The notes under the pieces are model-generated. The model saw only the letters and a list, made by a program, of their open reading frames with translations, was not told the origin of the DNA and did no database searches. The position numbers and the translations under genes are program-made. Of a stretch of 64,000 nucleotides of DNA, positions 36,357 to 47,143 are shown one piece after another. The stretch covers positions 70,093-134,092 of the forward strand of contig JBPOEY010000002.1 in assembly GCA_051251645.1 (NCBI GenBank). The letters run 5' to 3'. The DNA is from Litorimonas sp. (lineage in GTDB: Bacteria > Pseudomonadota > Alphaproteobacteria > Caulobacterales > Maricaulaceae). Each line of letters begins with the position of its first letter. Position 1 is the stretch's first letter.

Positions 36357-37556
36357 CTAGGGCATTCTTGCTCTGACCTCTTCCAAGAAGTGATGAACGA
36401 CGCGCACATGTTCCGGCGTCGGCGGCGCATAGGATATGTCATATGCGTGCTGGCTGTTTGGGAGCTCGGCAAAAACCACCGCATGATCTGAGACTTGATC
36501 AATCGCATGGGCAAAGGCCTTCGCGCTATCAAAATCCGCAAGCGCATCTTGTCGACTATGTAGGATGAGCATCGGTGGCGCATCCGCCTTGATATGAGCC
36601 ATCGGAGACGATTTATCCCAAAGATCCCGATGGGTCGTAATAGGGCCGGGCATTACAAGTTTCGATAGAAATGTCTCCATCTCCTTAAACCCTGTTGTCA
36701 TGGACGATTGTCGATTGAGAAAATCGTAGACCCCATAGACAGGAACGCACGCATTAACCGAGCAGTCCTCGTTTTCAAATCCAGGTTTAAAAAGAGCCTC
36801 ATCAGAGGCCAGCCCTGCGAGGGCGACAAGGTGTCCACCAGCAGACCCGCCGGTCAAAGCGACAAAATTTGGATCCCCGCCATAGTCAGCGATGTTCGCT
36901 TTGACCCAGGCGATGGCGCGCATAACATCTTGGATCATGACGGGCATTCTATTCCACGGGCCAAGGCGGTAGTTGATGTCCACAACAAGCCAGCCGTGAG
37001 ACGCCATATATTGGATCAGGGGTTGCGCCTGTTGATGTTTTCGACCGACAACCCAACCGCCGCCGTGGACGTGAATGAGCACGGGCAGCATCGTCGCCGC
37101 GTCAATCTTAGATTTATATATGTCGAGCCGATTGCGGCGCCCGAATGGGCCATATGAAATGTTTTTTGTGCGTTTCACATCCCTATTTGATGGTCTGAAC
37201 GGAAGGACTGCCCCAACCACAAAATCAATAAACGACGCGCGACGCCTGTCCGGACCGACGGCCGCCAAAGCTTGGCTACTGTCCCACGCGCGTTTCAGCG
37301 TCAGGAAAAATAAGCCAATGGATACTACATTGAGGATCGCCATCCACGGCGCGGCCGCAGGACCAGTTAGCGTGAAAAACAGCAGGACCCCGGCGGCTAA
37401 AATAAACCAAAAGGCCCAAATTTGTCCGACCAGGCTCCAGCCAAAATATGCAAAGGAGAGGCCTCTTATGGCCCGAGGCCATTGCATATGAACCGCCCCT
37501 GCGACAGCGGCTGTCAAATAAGTGACCGTCAGCACAATTTGAAATAAGTAAACCAT
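36357..37556 (-). CDS. Alpha/beta hydrolase (HSL-like esterase) with N-terminal TM segments
   Basis: HGGGW, INYRL, GGSAGGH, D and HAYD motifs. Confidence 0.9.
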   Translation of the reverse strand: MVYLFQIVLTVTYLTAAVAGAVHMQWPRAIRGLSFAYFGWSLVGQIWAFWFILAAGVLLFFTLTGPAAAPWMAILNVVSIGLFFLTLKRAWDSSQALAAVGPDRRRASFIDFVVGAVLPFRPSNRDVKRTKNISYGPFGRRNRLDIYKSKIDAATMLPVLIHVHGGGWVVGRKHQQAQPLIQYMASHGWLVVDINYRLGPWNRMPVMIQDVMRAIAWVKANIADYGGDPNFVALTGGSAGGHLVALAGLASDEALFKPGFENEDCSVNACVPVYGVYDFLNRQSSMTTGFKEMETFLSKLVMPGPITTHRDLWDKSSPMAHIKADAPPMLILHSRQDALADFDSAKAFAHAIDQVSDHAVVFAELPNSQHAYDISYAPPTPEHVRVVHHFLEEVRARMP

Positions 37557-37698
37557 TAGAGTCCTTTAGACACCTTACTCAGAATTCTTTGCGAAGCTGC
37601 CAGTCATTTGCGCAAGATTGTCGCACCGCGTATTTGATTGGAACGCGATTGCTGCATTTTGCGTAACTTCATCACATACAACATTTTGGAGCCAGAAG

Positions 37699-38034
37699 AT
37701 GAAAGTTATACTCGTCGTCGAAGATGATCCATTTATAGCGTCTGACCTACAAACATTGTTGGAAGACCTTGGCCATGAAATTCTTGGACCCACGGCCGGA
37801 GTGAGGGCTGCGCTAGAAATTATTCAAACCGCAAAACCTGACTTTGCCTTGCTTGACGTCAATGTCCTCGACGGGCTGACGTTTCCAATTGCGAAACGGC
37901 TGAAAGAAGACGGCACACCTTATGTTTTTATAACGGGGCGTCCTGACCTCGTTGCAAATTCTGAATTTCGCGATGCGCCCGTCATCCAGAAACCTTTCAG
38001 CATGAAGCAAATTGAGAAACTGCTCAAAAGCTAG
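37699..38034 (+). CDS. Single-domain response regulator
   Basis: VVEDD, LLDVN, FITG and IQKPF motifs; GGAG before ATG 37699. Confidence 0.9.
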   Translation: MKVILVVEDDPFIASDLQTLLEDLGHEILGPTAGVRAALEIIQTAKPDFALLDVNVLDGLTFPIAKRLKEDGTPYVFITGRPDLVANSEFRDAPVIQKPFSMKQIEKLLKS

Positions 38035-38086
38035 TCAAAACGGTGGGCTTACGGTGGGCCTCATTCAAAGATCAAATGCGATTCAC

Positions 38087-39157
38087 TTACGCCAGCACAG
38101 AGGATAACGGCGCAGTAATCGTCCAAGCAAGGCCCTCGGGATTATAGTCTAAGTCAACTGTTCCCATCAATGTGTTTGAGGCCATCTGTTGGATGACTGT
38201 ACTGCCGAACCCCGAATGTGTCGGCGCGACAACGCGCGGACCGTCGGTCTCAATCCACATCATTGCAAACGTGCCCTCAGAGGCAGAACCGCAGGTCCAA
38301 TGAATATCAACTTTTCCGGTTGTATTTGACAAGGCGCCGTATTTGACAGCATTTGTCGCCAGCTCATGCAAGGCCATCCCAATAGCTTGCGCCGCCCTTT
38401 CTGAAATTTTGATAGACGGACCTGACACAGTAATCCGACTGGGCTGACTTGGAACGAACGGTTCGATGTGTCGCTTTACGAGGCGGCCCAATTGAATTTC
38501 GGACCATTTATCATCGACAAGAACGGCCTGATTGGACGCAAGCGCCTCCAACCGGGCTGTGAATCTTGCTAGAAACTCGTTTGGTTTGGCGTGGCGGGCT
38601 GTCATTCTCGCAATGGCCGACACGACCATGAGGAGATTTTTTGATCTGTGCGCAACTTCGCCCATGAGGTTCTGGATGCGCTGCTCAGCGCTTTTCGATT
38701 CCGTCACATCTCTAATGACTACGAGCCCTTGGACAGCAACGTCCGCGCCACCTTGCTGTTCATAGACAACCGTTTTTCGGGCGTTAAGCCAGCGGATGGT
38801 TCCGTTCGATGCAACAACCCGGTGCGTCACATCAATAACATCGTCACCGCGCTCAGATAGCAAATCACTGACGCGACATTCTACGCCCTCACGATCATCA
38901 GGGTGAATTCTATCGTGCAAATCTTTTCGAGGCACAGAGACGTTTGCTGGCAAATCAAAAAGATCGGCGGCTCTTGTATCGAGCGTTATTGTATCGCCGA
39001 CATAATCCACTTCGCCCAGCGCGAGCTGTGCGATTTCCGTGCCGAGGCGCAATTTATCGGCCTCTAGATTACGCATTGATAGATATAGTCGTGGAATCTT
39101 AAGTTCCGAATTTGTCATATGTCTCAGCCACTGCGTTTCTTTGTGGCTCATCACCAT
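38087..39157 (-). CDS. PAS + HWE-type histidine kinase
   Basis: RIHPDD PAS; HRSKNLL, HELATNAVKYGALS, WIETDGP and GFGS motifs. Confidence 0.92.
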   Translation of the reverse strand: MVMSHKETQWLRHMTNSELKIPRLYLSMRNLEADKLRLGTEIAQLALGEVDYVGDTITLDTRAADLFDLPANVSVPRKDLHDRIHPDDREGVECRVSDLLSERGDDVIDVTHRVVASNGTIRWLNARKTVVYEQQGGADVAVQGLVVIRDVTESKSAEQRIQNLMGEVAHRSKNLLMVVSAIARMTARHAKPNEFLARFTARLEALASNQAVLVDDKWSEIQLGRLVKRHIEPFVPSQPSRITVSGPSIKISERAAQAIGMALHELATNAVKYGALSNTTGKVDIHWTCGSASEGTFAMMWIETDGPRVVAPTHSGFGSTVIQQMASNTLMGTVDLDYNPEGLAWTITAPLSSVLA

Positions 39158-39328
39158 TCTCGAAACAGATTAGAATACGGTCGTTTTCAATCTTAAAAGA
39201 CGTTGCAGCGCTCAGACATAACCTACGTTAAGTTTCAACGAATGAAATGACCCTTTATCAATTATGTTTTGAGCAATGGAGCTCGTCTTTATGACGCTTT
39301 ACCTATCGTTCGTCGTCGACCTTAGTCC

Positions 39329-40330
39329 TTATTTTAACAAAGTGGTATCGCAGATCATTGCTAAACACCGTGTCTCAACCATTTTCAATCGCGAAACACG
39401 TTTGGCGGACTTCTTAATATCACCAATTTTCGAAATCCGATTTTCAACGTCGATGTCAGCTAATTCTAACACGTTTGGATGGATATAACTCGTTCGGCAA
39501 ATCGAAGGCGTATTATGTAATCTGTCTGCGGCGGCTTCTGTCATGGCTTTAAGCGTCAGTGTTGCATCCGCACCCTCAGCGACTCTGTAAGCCGCAACCG
39601 TACCATGCCACGTTCTAAATGTTTTAGCGGTAAAGTCGTCTTTTAGATAAGCGTTGACGTCACTCGAATCGATGGAGTGGATGCGCCCATCTGTCCTGAC
39701 ATATTGGAAAACATCGCGACCTGGTAAATCGTGAATATCTTCCAAGACGCGGCTTAACGTTTTGTCGCGAACGATCTTTCGAACTCGTTTGCCCCCTTTG
39801 GCGCGAAAGTCGAGTTTCACAAAATCCTCGCCGAGCTTGATATGTTTTCCGCGCAACGTTGACGCACCATGTGACCCATTGGATTCGGTATACTGCTGAT
39901 TGCCGACCCGAATGGCTGCGCAATCAATAAGCCGTAAGAGAGCCGCAATGACAAAGCGTTTGTCCACGTCCTCACGCCTCAAATCTCGATATATCTTACG
40001 TCGAATTCTTGGCAGCGCATTTCCAAAGTCTTGCAACGCGTCAAATTTTTTAGCGTCTTGAAAATCGCGCCAATCAGCATGATACCGATATTGTTTTCGA
40101 CCTGCGTCGTCCAACCCTGTCATTTGTAAATGACCGTGATCATCGCGGCATATCCAAACGTCTTTGTAAGCCGGTGGGATGCCCAAGGCTTGCAGACGAA
40201 TCAACACCTTGGGGTCCGTTATATCCCGCCCCTCGTCGTCGGAGAAGTGTCGTATGCCAAGGCGAATTATGGTGGTGAAACCCGGTTCACTATCTGAACT
40301 ATACCGCAACGTCTTGGGAAGGGATTGCAT
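39329..40330 (-). CDS. Bacterial DNA topoisomerase IB
   Basis: GIPPAYKDVWIC, GRKQYRYH, IRVGN, KGGK, AKTFRTWHGT and CRTSYIHP motifs. Confidence 0.93.
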   Translation of the reverse strand: MQSLPKTLRYSSDSEPGFTTIIRLGIRHFSDDEGRDITDPKVLIRLQALGIPPAYKDVWICRDDHGHLQMTGLDDAGRKQYRYHADWRDFQDAKKFDALQDFGNALPRIRRKIYRDLRREDVDKRFVIAALLRLIDCAAIRVGNQQYTESNGSHGASTLRGKHIKLGEDFVKLDFRAKGGKRVRKIVRDKTLSRVLEDIHDLPGRDVFQYVRTDGRIHSIDSSDVNAYLKDDFTAKTFRTWHGTVAAYRVAEGADATLTLKAMTEAAADRLHNTPSICRTSYIHPNVLELADIDVENRISKIGDIKKSAKRVSRLKMVETRCLAMICDTTLLK

Positions 40331-40889
40331 TCAGCGTGTGGTCCTAAATCTTGGTATGATGAAATACATTTAGCGCTTCAAACAGGTGGTCGACCGATCC
40401 ACGTCAATATCCACCGGGTAGGCTTTGTATACGCATCATGCGGCACTCGGATTGCGCATGTTCAGATTGCAAGCGCTCAGAGCGATCAAAAACCTTTGAC
40501 TGTCAGATATAAATTGGCCGTCAGGAAGACTCGCAATGGACTTTCTTGATAATTGGGATGACCTGCTTGTCAAAGCAGACGCCGTGACAAGCAGGTCGGA
40601 TGCGGCACCATAAGCAAACGCGCCCATGCTGAGACGGGGCAGACTCAGCAATGATCCACGCTAGCAATCCCCCGTCGTCGTCACACTATCATAGGTTAAG
40701 TCCATTTCGTGCTTTTGCAGTGTCGGAATGGGTCATGTCCGCGGTATCCGTCATCGCTGAAACCTCACGTCAGATAATCATCTTATGGGAACGCGACGCG
40801 TCGCTTGGGCGTATGACGATAGTGCATCCGAACGGTAGTCATATACTCCCTTGTCGGTCGAAGCTGTGAGGTATCAAAAGGCTATACAT

Positions 40890-41348
40890 ATGAAACGTGA
40901 CGACCAAAAATTCATGGCCGAATGCGTGTCCTTAGCGTTGAAGGCCGCTGAAGTAGAATCCACAAACGGCATCGCCGCGCTTATTGTTAAAGACGGAAAA
41001 GTCATTGGGACAGGCGTCAACAAAGTCTTCGACGATTGCGATCCGACCCGTCACGCTGAGATCGTTGCCATAGGAAATGCTTGCGCGACCCTTGGAGAGC
41101 CGAGCCTAAAAGGAGCGACGCTTTACGCCTCGCTCCAACCTTGCGAAATGTGCCTCGGCGCAATCGCTTTTTCGGAAATTGAAACCGTTGTTTTCGCCGC
41201 GCAACGAGCGGATGTCGCGCCAAAATATTTCATGTATCCCGGTCTCGTAGCGGATGATTTTGTCAGAGCTTCAAAGAACCGTCTAACCCTGTTGGGCGGC
41301 GTAATGGCTGACACGGTTACGCACCTCTACGTAGACGGTCAGGAATAA
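40890..41348 (+). CDS. Nucleoside/nucleobase deaminase (CDA superfamily)
   Basis: DPTRHAE and QPCEMC motifs. Confidence 0.9.
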   Translation: MKRDDQKFMAECVSLALKAAEVESTNGIAALIVKDGKVIGTGVNKVFDDCDPTRHAEIVAIGNACATLGEPSLKGATLYASLQPCEMCLGAIAFSEIETVVFAAQRADVAPKYFMYPGLVADDFVRASKNRLTLLGGVMADTVTHLYVDGQE

Positions 41349-41563
41349 ATTTAACTCATAACGATATAAATGTTTGACGCCAATGTGTGAAGACTGCAGC
41401 AAGCAAACCGAAAACTTGTCATAGTTTATGGAGAGCGTCGAGAGGACGTGGTCATAATACTGACCCAAACCCACTTATTCGCCTGAGCGCCTCAATTTTT
41501 TTCAATGGTCGCTTTGCTGGGTTCACCTAAATTTTTACGGATTACGCTAGATTGGAAATCTGA

Positions 41564-42265
41564 ATGTCTGAATCGACAGTTCCTCTTGATATTGCTCGCA
41601 TGATCCTCGGAGATCAAAGTTCTCTGTTTTATATTGAGATCTTGCTTCGAACATTGATCATTTACGCCTATACGTTCGTTCTCTTGCGTGTCTTTGGTCG
41701 TCGCACAAAAGCGTCCATGTCTATTATGGACGTCATCGTTATTGTTGCGCTCGGCTCCGCCGTTGGTGACGTTGCCTTTTATCCAAACGTGCCAATTCTT
41801 CATTGCCTCGTCGTGGTCACACTCATTGTCGGGCTCAACAAGGCGCTGATCAATGCCTCTCAAAAAAGCCATCGCCTGCGCGATTTAATTGAAGGCGATG
41901 CCACCGTATTAGTGCGCCGCGGTGTCATCCAGATGGACGCTTTGAACAAGGTCAGTATCGGCCGACAAGCCCTTTTGGAGATGATGCGTGAGAAGGGTAT
42001 TTGTAATTTGGGTCAAGTCGACCTTGGTGTTTTGGAACCGAGCTGCGCGCTCAGCATATTTTCTCCAGACGAACCCCGGTTAGGTCTTTCGATCCTGCCC
42101 CCCGATCCAGTCGAGGCCGACGACGACTTAGACAATGAGCATGAACAGATAGTTTGTTGTTCAGGATGCGGCCTGGTGCGTTCAAACGAGTCGCGCACGT
42201 GTTTCGCGCCCAACTGTCATGAGACGAAGCGCTCGGCGTTCGAGCGTCCACGGTATGCGCTATGA
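41564..42265 (+). CDS. DUF421 (YetF) membrane protein
   Basis: ALGSAVGD, IEGDATVLVRRG, MREKGI and LEPS motifs. Confidence 0.85.
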   Translation: MSESTVPLDIARMILGDQSSLFYIEILLRTLIIYAYTFVLLRVFGRRTKASMSIMDVIVIVALGSAVGDVAFYPNVPILHCLVVVTLIVGLNKALINASQKSHRLRDLIEGDATVLVRRGVIQMDALNKVSIGRQALLEMMREKGICNLGQVDLGVLEPSCALSIFSPDEPRLGLSILPPDPVEADDDLDNEHEQIVCCSGCGLVRSNESRTCFAPNCHETKRSAFERPRYAL

Positions 42266-42999
42266 GTAAAGTTCTTAGAAAACTACTCACCTCAATAGCG
42301 GATCAACGCGGCTGTCCTCCGACCGCCGTTGATATGGTGGAAATCAGCAAAACGCTGCGCTTTATACAAAGTGACAGCTTCCCGTGTGTTGGGGCGAAAA
42401 GCGCGCTTGTTCAAGACGGCGTCGAATTTCGTGTCTATGATAATTTGATCCGTGATGCGAACGACACGGCCCTTCATCTCGACATTCAAGAATATCTCAC
42501 CCGACTCAATCCAGAGGATGCGAGGGTGCAATCCTTCGTGGCCATTTTCAAAACCCCTCAAGATTTGAGCGAAGCTGAATTTGAGACAGCACTCTGGGAC
42601 CGACTTAAAGGGTTGCACAAAATGAACAGGGATTTGGATATACCGTGGAATCCGAACGTATCGTCTGATCCTGACAATCCACATTTTTCAATGAGCATCG
42701 CAGGACATCCCTTTTTCATCGTTGGCATGCACGCGGGCGCAAGCCGGATTTCAAGACGGTCCCCTTATCCGACGCTGGTGTTTAACTCGAATGTCCAATT
42801 TGATCGGTTGAAAGCTGATGGCCGTTATGAAAAATTGCAATCCGTCATTCGTCAGCGGGATGAAGCCCTTCAAGGATCGATAAACCCGAACCTCGCAGAT
42901 TTTGGTCAAGCCTCTGAAGCCCGGCAATATTCAGGCCGTCCTGTTTCAGAGAGCTGGGCCTGTCCGGCGCACTTTGGCGCCAAGAAAGATGAGCCTTAA
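42262..42999 (+). CDS. YqcI/YcgG family protein (GntA/DcsA-like heme N-hydroxylase family)
   Basis: FPCVGAK, FSMSIAGHPFFIVGMH, SRRSPYPTLVFN and EARQYSGR motifs. Confidence 0.85.
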   Translation: MSKVLRKLLTSIADQRGCPPTAVDMVEISKTLRFIQSDSFPCVGAKSALVQDGVEFRVYDNLIRDANDTALHLDIQEYLTRLNPEDARVQSFVAIFKTPQDLSEAEFETALWDRLKGLHKMNRDLDIPWNPNVSSDPDNPHFSMSIAGHPFFIVGMHAGASRISRRSPYPTLVFNSNVQFDRLKADGRYEKLQSVIRQRDEALQGSINPNLADFGQASEARQYSGRPVSESWACPAHFGAKKDEP

Positions 43000-43609
43000 C
43001 ATGACGAATTTTGACCGAATTTCACCCCGCTCTGGGGCTGCCGTAACGTTATTAAAAGGCGATGTGCTGACAGTGCGGGACCCAGAGGGTCAGCAAGTCT
43101 CAGATTTGATCGCCTATAATCAGGGCGACTTGAAAGAATATCTCTCATCGGGCCGGACCATTGATTATGCTTCAAGACTATTTCTAACAACGGGCGACAT
43201 TTTATACTCGAACCGGTCAAACCCGATGTTGACGATCATTCATGATGACGTCGGACGTCATGATTTTACCCTCACGCCGTGTTCGCGCGCGATGTTTGAA
43301 AAGCTCTACCCGGACGAAGACCCTCACCGGGGATGTCTCGGAAACCTCGCGGCTGCGGTCGAGCCTCTCGGCCTGACGTCTGATGATGTTCCAATCGCCT
43401 TTAATATTTTTATGCATGTTTCAGTTAACTCGGAAACAGGAGAGATTGCTGTTCTACCGCCCCTCAGCAAGCCTGGTGATGTCATGCGTTTGCGAGCTGA
43501 AATGGATTTAGAAGTTGCGTTAACGGCGTGCTCAGCGGGTCAATCGAACAACTTCATCTACAAGCCCATTGAGTATCATATTCAACATCACTCCAACCCG
43601 TCTGAATAA
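42989..43609 (+). CDS. DUF1989 (urea-carboxylase-associated) protein
   Basis: PEGQQVSD, LYSNRSNPM, HDFTLTPC, GCLGNL, FNIFM and TACS motifs. Confidence 0.88.
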   Translation: MSLNMTNFDRISPRSGAAVTLLKGDVLTVRDPEGQQVSDLIAYNQGDLKEYLSSGRTIDYASRLFLTTGDILYSNRSNPMLTIIHDDVGRHDFTLTPCSRAMFEKLYPDEDPHRGCLGNLAAAVEPLGLTSDDVPIAFNIFMHVSVNSETGEIAVLPPLSKPGDVMRLRAEMDLEVALTACSAGQSNNFIYKPIEYHIQHHSNPSE

Positions 43610-43679
43610 AGACACACGCTAACATGGCCGCCAAAACCCAACCCCGACACTGGCCGTTATTGATGAGAGGACATTCGAT

Positions 43680-44183
43680 ATGCTCAACACTTTAATGCGG
43701 CACAAAACCGCCGGGGTTGGTTTTATTATCATTTGTGCGATTGGTTTTGCCGCATGGCGTTTGAACGGTGCAATCTATCGCGATGCTGTTTTAGTCGAAC
43801 TTTATGAAGCTCTGAGATCGAGTGGGCTCTATTTAGGCAGCGCAATCGCGACGAGCTCGGCCACAACATTGGCTCTCATGCTGACCATGCTTGGTCTTGT
43901 TCGACAGATCGATAAAGATTTTGATCGCGGCGTATATCAGTCCGTCGTGTTTATCGGCGTGATGAGTGCGACCTGCCTCGTATCCGCTATTTTATTGTTG
44001 CTCTTATTCACCTTGCCCGTCTCAGAGTATGATCAGGTGCCGTCCTGGTGGTATAGTGCCCTTTACAACCTCGCCTATGGCTTAATAGTTCTCGTCTCGG
44101 CTTTGGCCGTCACAATTGTGCTTATCCTCACCCAAATTATTGTGAGCGTCATTCGTAACATAACCCCAACATCGAAGTCCTAG
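43680..44183 (+). CDS. Multi-pass membrane hypothetical protein
   Basis: GAGG RBS; about four hydrophobic helices. Confidence 0.75.
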   Translation: MLNTLMRHKTAGVGFIIICAIGFAAWRLNGAIYRDAVLVELYEALRSSGLYLGSAIATSSATTLALMLTMLGLVRQIDKDFDRGVYQSVVFIGVMSATCLVSAILLLLLFTLPVSEYDQVPSWWYSALYNLAYGLIVLVSALAVTIVLILTQIIVSVIRNITPTSKS

Positions 44184-44241
44184 GAGCCCTAATGGGGATC
44201 AGATGTCATCAATGGTTTCGGCCTGATAGGCGTAATATGGC

Positions 44242-44964
44242 TCAGGTAAAATCATCCACCAGTTGGTTCTGTAAGCGCACAGACTGTACGCAAATCTCCA
44301 ACTGTTGAGGATCAAGAATATCAATATGATTGCGCGTGAAGTCGACCAACCCTTTCGTCTTTAGGGCCTTAAATGTTCGACTGACTGTGACAGATGTTAG
44401 GCCTAATGCGTCAGCAATATCAGCTTGCGTCAAAGGAACTCTCAATCGATCTGGATGGCTAAAGCCATTCCGGAGTTGCTTGGATCTTAGTCCCAATAGG
44501 GCATGCGCGATCTTTGCTTCAGCATTGCCGCGAGTGAAGACCGCCATGCGTTCTTGTAACATGATGTAGCGCCGCCCCAGTGTTTTCATAATTGCAATTG
44601 CGGCCATGGGAGACCGCTCCATAGCGTCGACGAATTGGTTGACAGGGATGAGATATAATTCAGCTTTTTCAAACGCGATCAAGGTCGACGTTGCCCGCTC
44701 GTCAGAGATGAACTCCAGACCCCCAATATCGATCGGTACATGAAATGCGAATAATTGCCTGTCCCCGCCCTCAAGGTCGGCCGTCGATGTCAGCCATCCT
44801 TCAACGACACAGTAGAGGTGCTTAACCACATCTCCGGCATTATAAAGTGATCGGCCTTTTTCCAAGGTTTTCCGCGTTACCTGAATGTCTTTCAGAAAAT
44901 CACTCCCTTCCACGTCGAACGAGAAGTTGTTGCCGAGGGCATCAATTAAATATTTTGTATTCAT
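44242..44964 (-). CDS. Crp/Fnr family transcriptional regulator
   Basis: cNMP-binding-like N-domain; LTQADIADALGLTSVTVSR HTH. Confidence 0.92.
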   Translation of the reverse strand: MNTKYLIDALGNNFSFDVEGSDFLKDIQVTRKTLEKGRSLYNAGDVVKHLYCVVEGWLTSTADLEGGDRQLFAFHVPIDIGGLEFISDERATSTLIAFEKAELYLIPVNQFVDAMERSPMAAIAIMKTLGRRYIMLQERMAVFTRGNAEAKIAHALLGLRSKQLRNGFSHPDRLRVPLTQADIADALGLTSVTVSRTFKALKTKGLVDFTRNHIDILDPQQLEICVQSVRLQNQLVDDFT

Positions 44965-45192
44965 TTAGATACATCGTTTTGGAGAGAAATCGTGACGTCT
45001 TCAGTGAGCCGTAACATCGCAAGGTCACCAAAGTCACTTAACCCATTCAGGAGGGTATTCGTAACATCTTGCGTCCTATCAGGCAATGAAATCAAAATAG
45101 AAGCCATTTTGCCTTCAAACACATCTAGCCAAGTATTTTAAACGATCTCAACCAGAGCGAAAGGCCGGATATTCTTCGCCCCCATAAAGTCA

Positions 45193-47007
45193 TTAAGACG
45201 CTAACGCCTGTGTCCGGTCACTGGCATTCACAACAGCTCTTTTATCGAAGCAGCCCCCCAAAGCCAGCGAGATCGCTTGGGCAAGATCACGCACCCGGAC
45301 GGGGCGCGTAACGGCCAGCGCTGTTGTCGCATAGGTGGCAAGCTCTGACGGGCCGCAAATCAGAACGATAGGCGGTCGGATCGACGGCGGAATTGGCGCG
45401 AACAACTCCATCGCAGCAACCCCGTGACCGAGATCGACCCGCGTATCGAGCAAGATGATGTCTGGCGCACACCGATTGTGAATTTGCGAGATAAGCGTCA
45501 ACACACCCGCTTTCGTGCAGGCGAATTGCTGCGTGTTCGCATTCATTCCTGTCAGTGTTTCCGTGAAAATGGACGTTTCTAAACCGATCGGTGAAAAGAG
45601 ACCGATGGTTAAATTACGGGGGAGTTCGGCGATTGGACACGCGCGGATGATTACTGCGGGCAAAGAGAGTTTCATCGTAAACACGGACCCTTCGCCAAGT
45701 CTGCTTGTGGCGGACAGCGTTCCCTGCATCAACTCCGTTAGTTCACGGCTAATCGACAGACCAATTCCGGTTCCCTCATAGACGCGGGCCGAGCCGCTGC
45801 TGCCTTGGCGAAACCGCTCGAACATATGATCAATTCTATCTGGGTCTATACCAATGCCGCTATCGGCCACGCTGAATTCAAGGTTATAGTGCCCACGATC
45901 CTGTGGCGTGCCTGTGACGCTAATGATGACATATCCCTGTTCGGTGAATTTGACTGCATTGCCAGTTAGATTTTGTAGCACCTGACGGATCCGAACCGGA
46001 TCACCGACGACGTGTTGCGGCAAATTCGGGTCGAGCCGGACCATGACATCGACAGATTTCGCGTACGCTTTTTCCGCGGCGAGAACGGCCACATCTTCTA
46101 CCAAGGTTGCCAGCTCGAACGGTTCCGGATGTAAGTCCATTTGTCCTGCTTCGAGTCTCGAATAGTCAAGAATATCATCGATAATAACCATGAGTTTTTC
46201 ACCCGAAGTCGAGATAACCTGCGTATATTGTGCCTGTGTCGGCGATAGATTGGTGCCGAGCATTAACTCGCTCATTCCGATCACACCATTCATCGGTGTG
46301 CGGATTTCATGGCTCATCGCGGCCAAGAAGTCCGACTTCGCAATATTGGCGGCATCGGCTTTTTTCTGCGCGGTTTCTGCGCGAAATTTGTGGCTTTCAG
46401 CCTCCTGTCTTTGTCTTGTCGCGACAGCAACCATCTCAAGAAAACGCGCATCGCTTTGATGCAGCGCGGATAACAAGGCCGCAAAAACGCAGAGATAAGC
46501 CGGAAGAATGGCGAGGCTGACATAGACCATTGATGTATCGCCACTGATATAAAAATGATTGGCGAGAATACCTGCTACTGCTGCCGTCGCCAGAACGTAC
46601 GGGAGCACCGAGACAATCAGGAGCTGAGGCAAGGAACGATAACCGATCAAGGGATTGACCACGCCCGCGCAGGCATAGACCGCAACGAGAAAGGTCAACG
46701 CTAAATTCGTATTCATCAAGACCACAGGAATTGGCAGAGCGAAAGCAACTTGGAGCACAAGTGTTGAGACCAAAATCCCGGCGCGCGCCGAGCGTTTATC
46801 GACCTTATCCGCCAAAAATTTGAACGCTAAAAGCTCAATCCCCAATCCAATCAAGCAAGTCACGCAAATCGCGAGGGCGATTTTCCATGATGTTATTGTG
46901 CTGATGAAGAGAGCGCACAAAAAAGCGGCCAACACCCGAAAGAAGGCGGACTGCTTGATAAAGCTGTGCACCGTGAGGTAACTATTTTTACGCTGGTGCG
47001 ACATCAT
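45193..47007 (-). CDS. Membrane hybrid sensor histidine kinase with degenerate receiver
   Basis: [26 protein letters not shown] and GTGIGL motifs; C-terminal LLD. Confidence 0.9.
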   Translation of the reverse strand: MMSHQRKNSYLTVHSFIKQSAFFRVLAAFLCALFISTITSWKIALAICVTCLIGLGIELLAFKFLADKVDKRSARAGILVSTLVLQVAFALPIPVVLMNTNLALTFLVAVYACAGVVNPLIGYRSLPQLLIVSVLPYVLATAAVAGILANHFYISGDTSMVYVSLAILPAYLCVFAALLSALHQSDARFLEMVAVATRQRQEAESHKFRAETAQKKADAANIAKSDFLAAMSHEIRTPMNGVIGMSELMLGTNLSPTQAQYTQVISTSGEKLMVIIDDILDYSRLEAGQMDLHPEPFELATLVEDVAVLAAEKAYAKSVDVMVRLDPNLPQHVVGDPVRIRQVLQNLTGNAVKFTEQGYVIISVTGTPQDRGHYNLEFSVADSGIGIDPDRIDHMFERFRQGSSGSARVYEGTGIGLSISRELTELMQGTLSATSRLGEGSVFTMKLSLPAVIIRACPIAELPRNLTIGLFSPIGLETSIFTETLTGMNANTQQFACTKAGVLTLISQIHNRCAPDIILLDTRVDLGHGVAAMELFAPIPPSIRPPIVLICGPSELATYATTALAVTRPVRVRDLAQAISLALGGCFDKRAVVNASDRTQALAS

Positions 47008-47074
47008 GTAACACGGTTAGTATCCGATACCTGAAAATGGTCTTAACCACGATCGGTGAGAGGGATTTAATGTC

Positions 47075-47111
47075 AAAAAGAACGCCTCCCAAACGCCGGG
47101 CTTGGAAGGCG
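47075..47111 (-). terminator. Intrinsic terminator of the TonB-receptor gene
   Basis: Minus strand CGCCTTCCAA...TTGGGAGGCG followed by TTCTTTTT. Confidence 0.7.
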
Positions 47112-47143
47112 GTAATTGAGCGCTCTATATGTGCCGCTGCGAT

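Noticed and set aside
40560-40890. Guanidine riboswitch upstream of the deaminase/DUF1989 cluster
   Set aside because: No twin ACGR hairpins or ykkC-type motifs were recognised.
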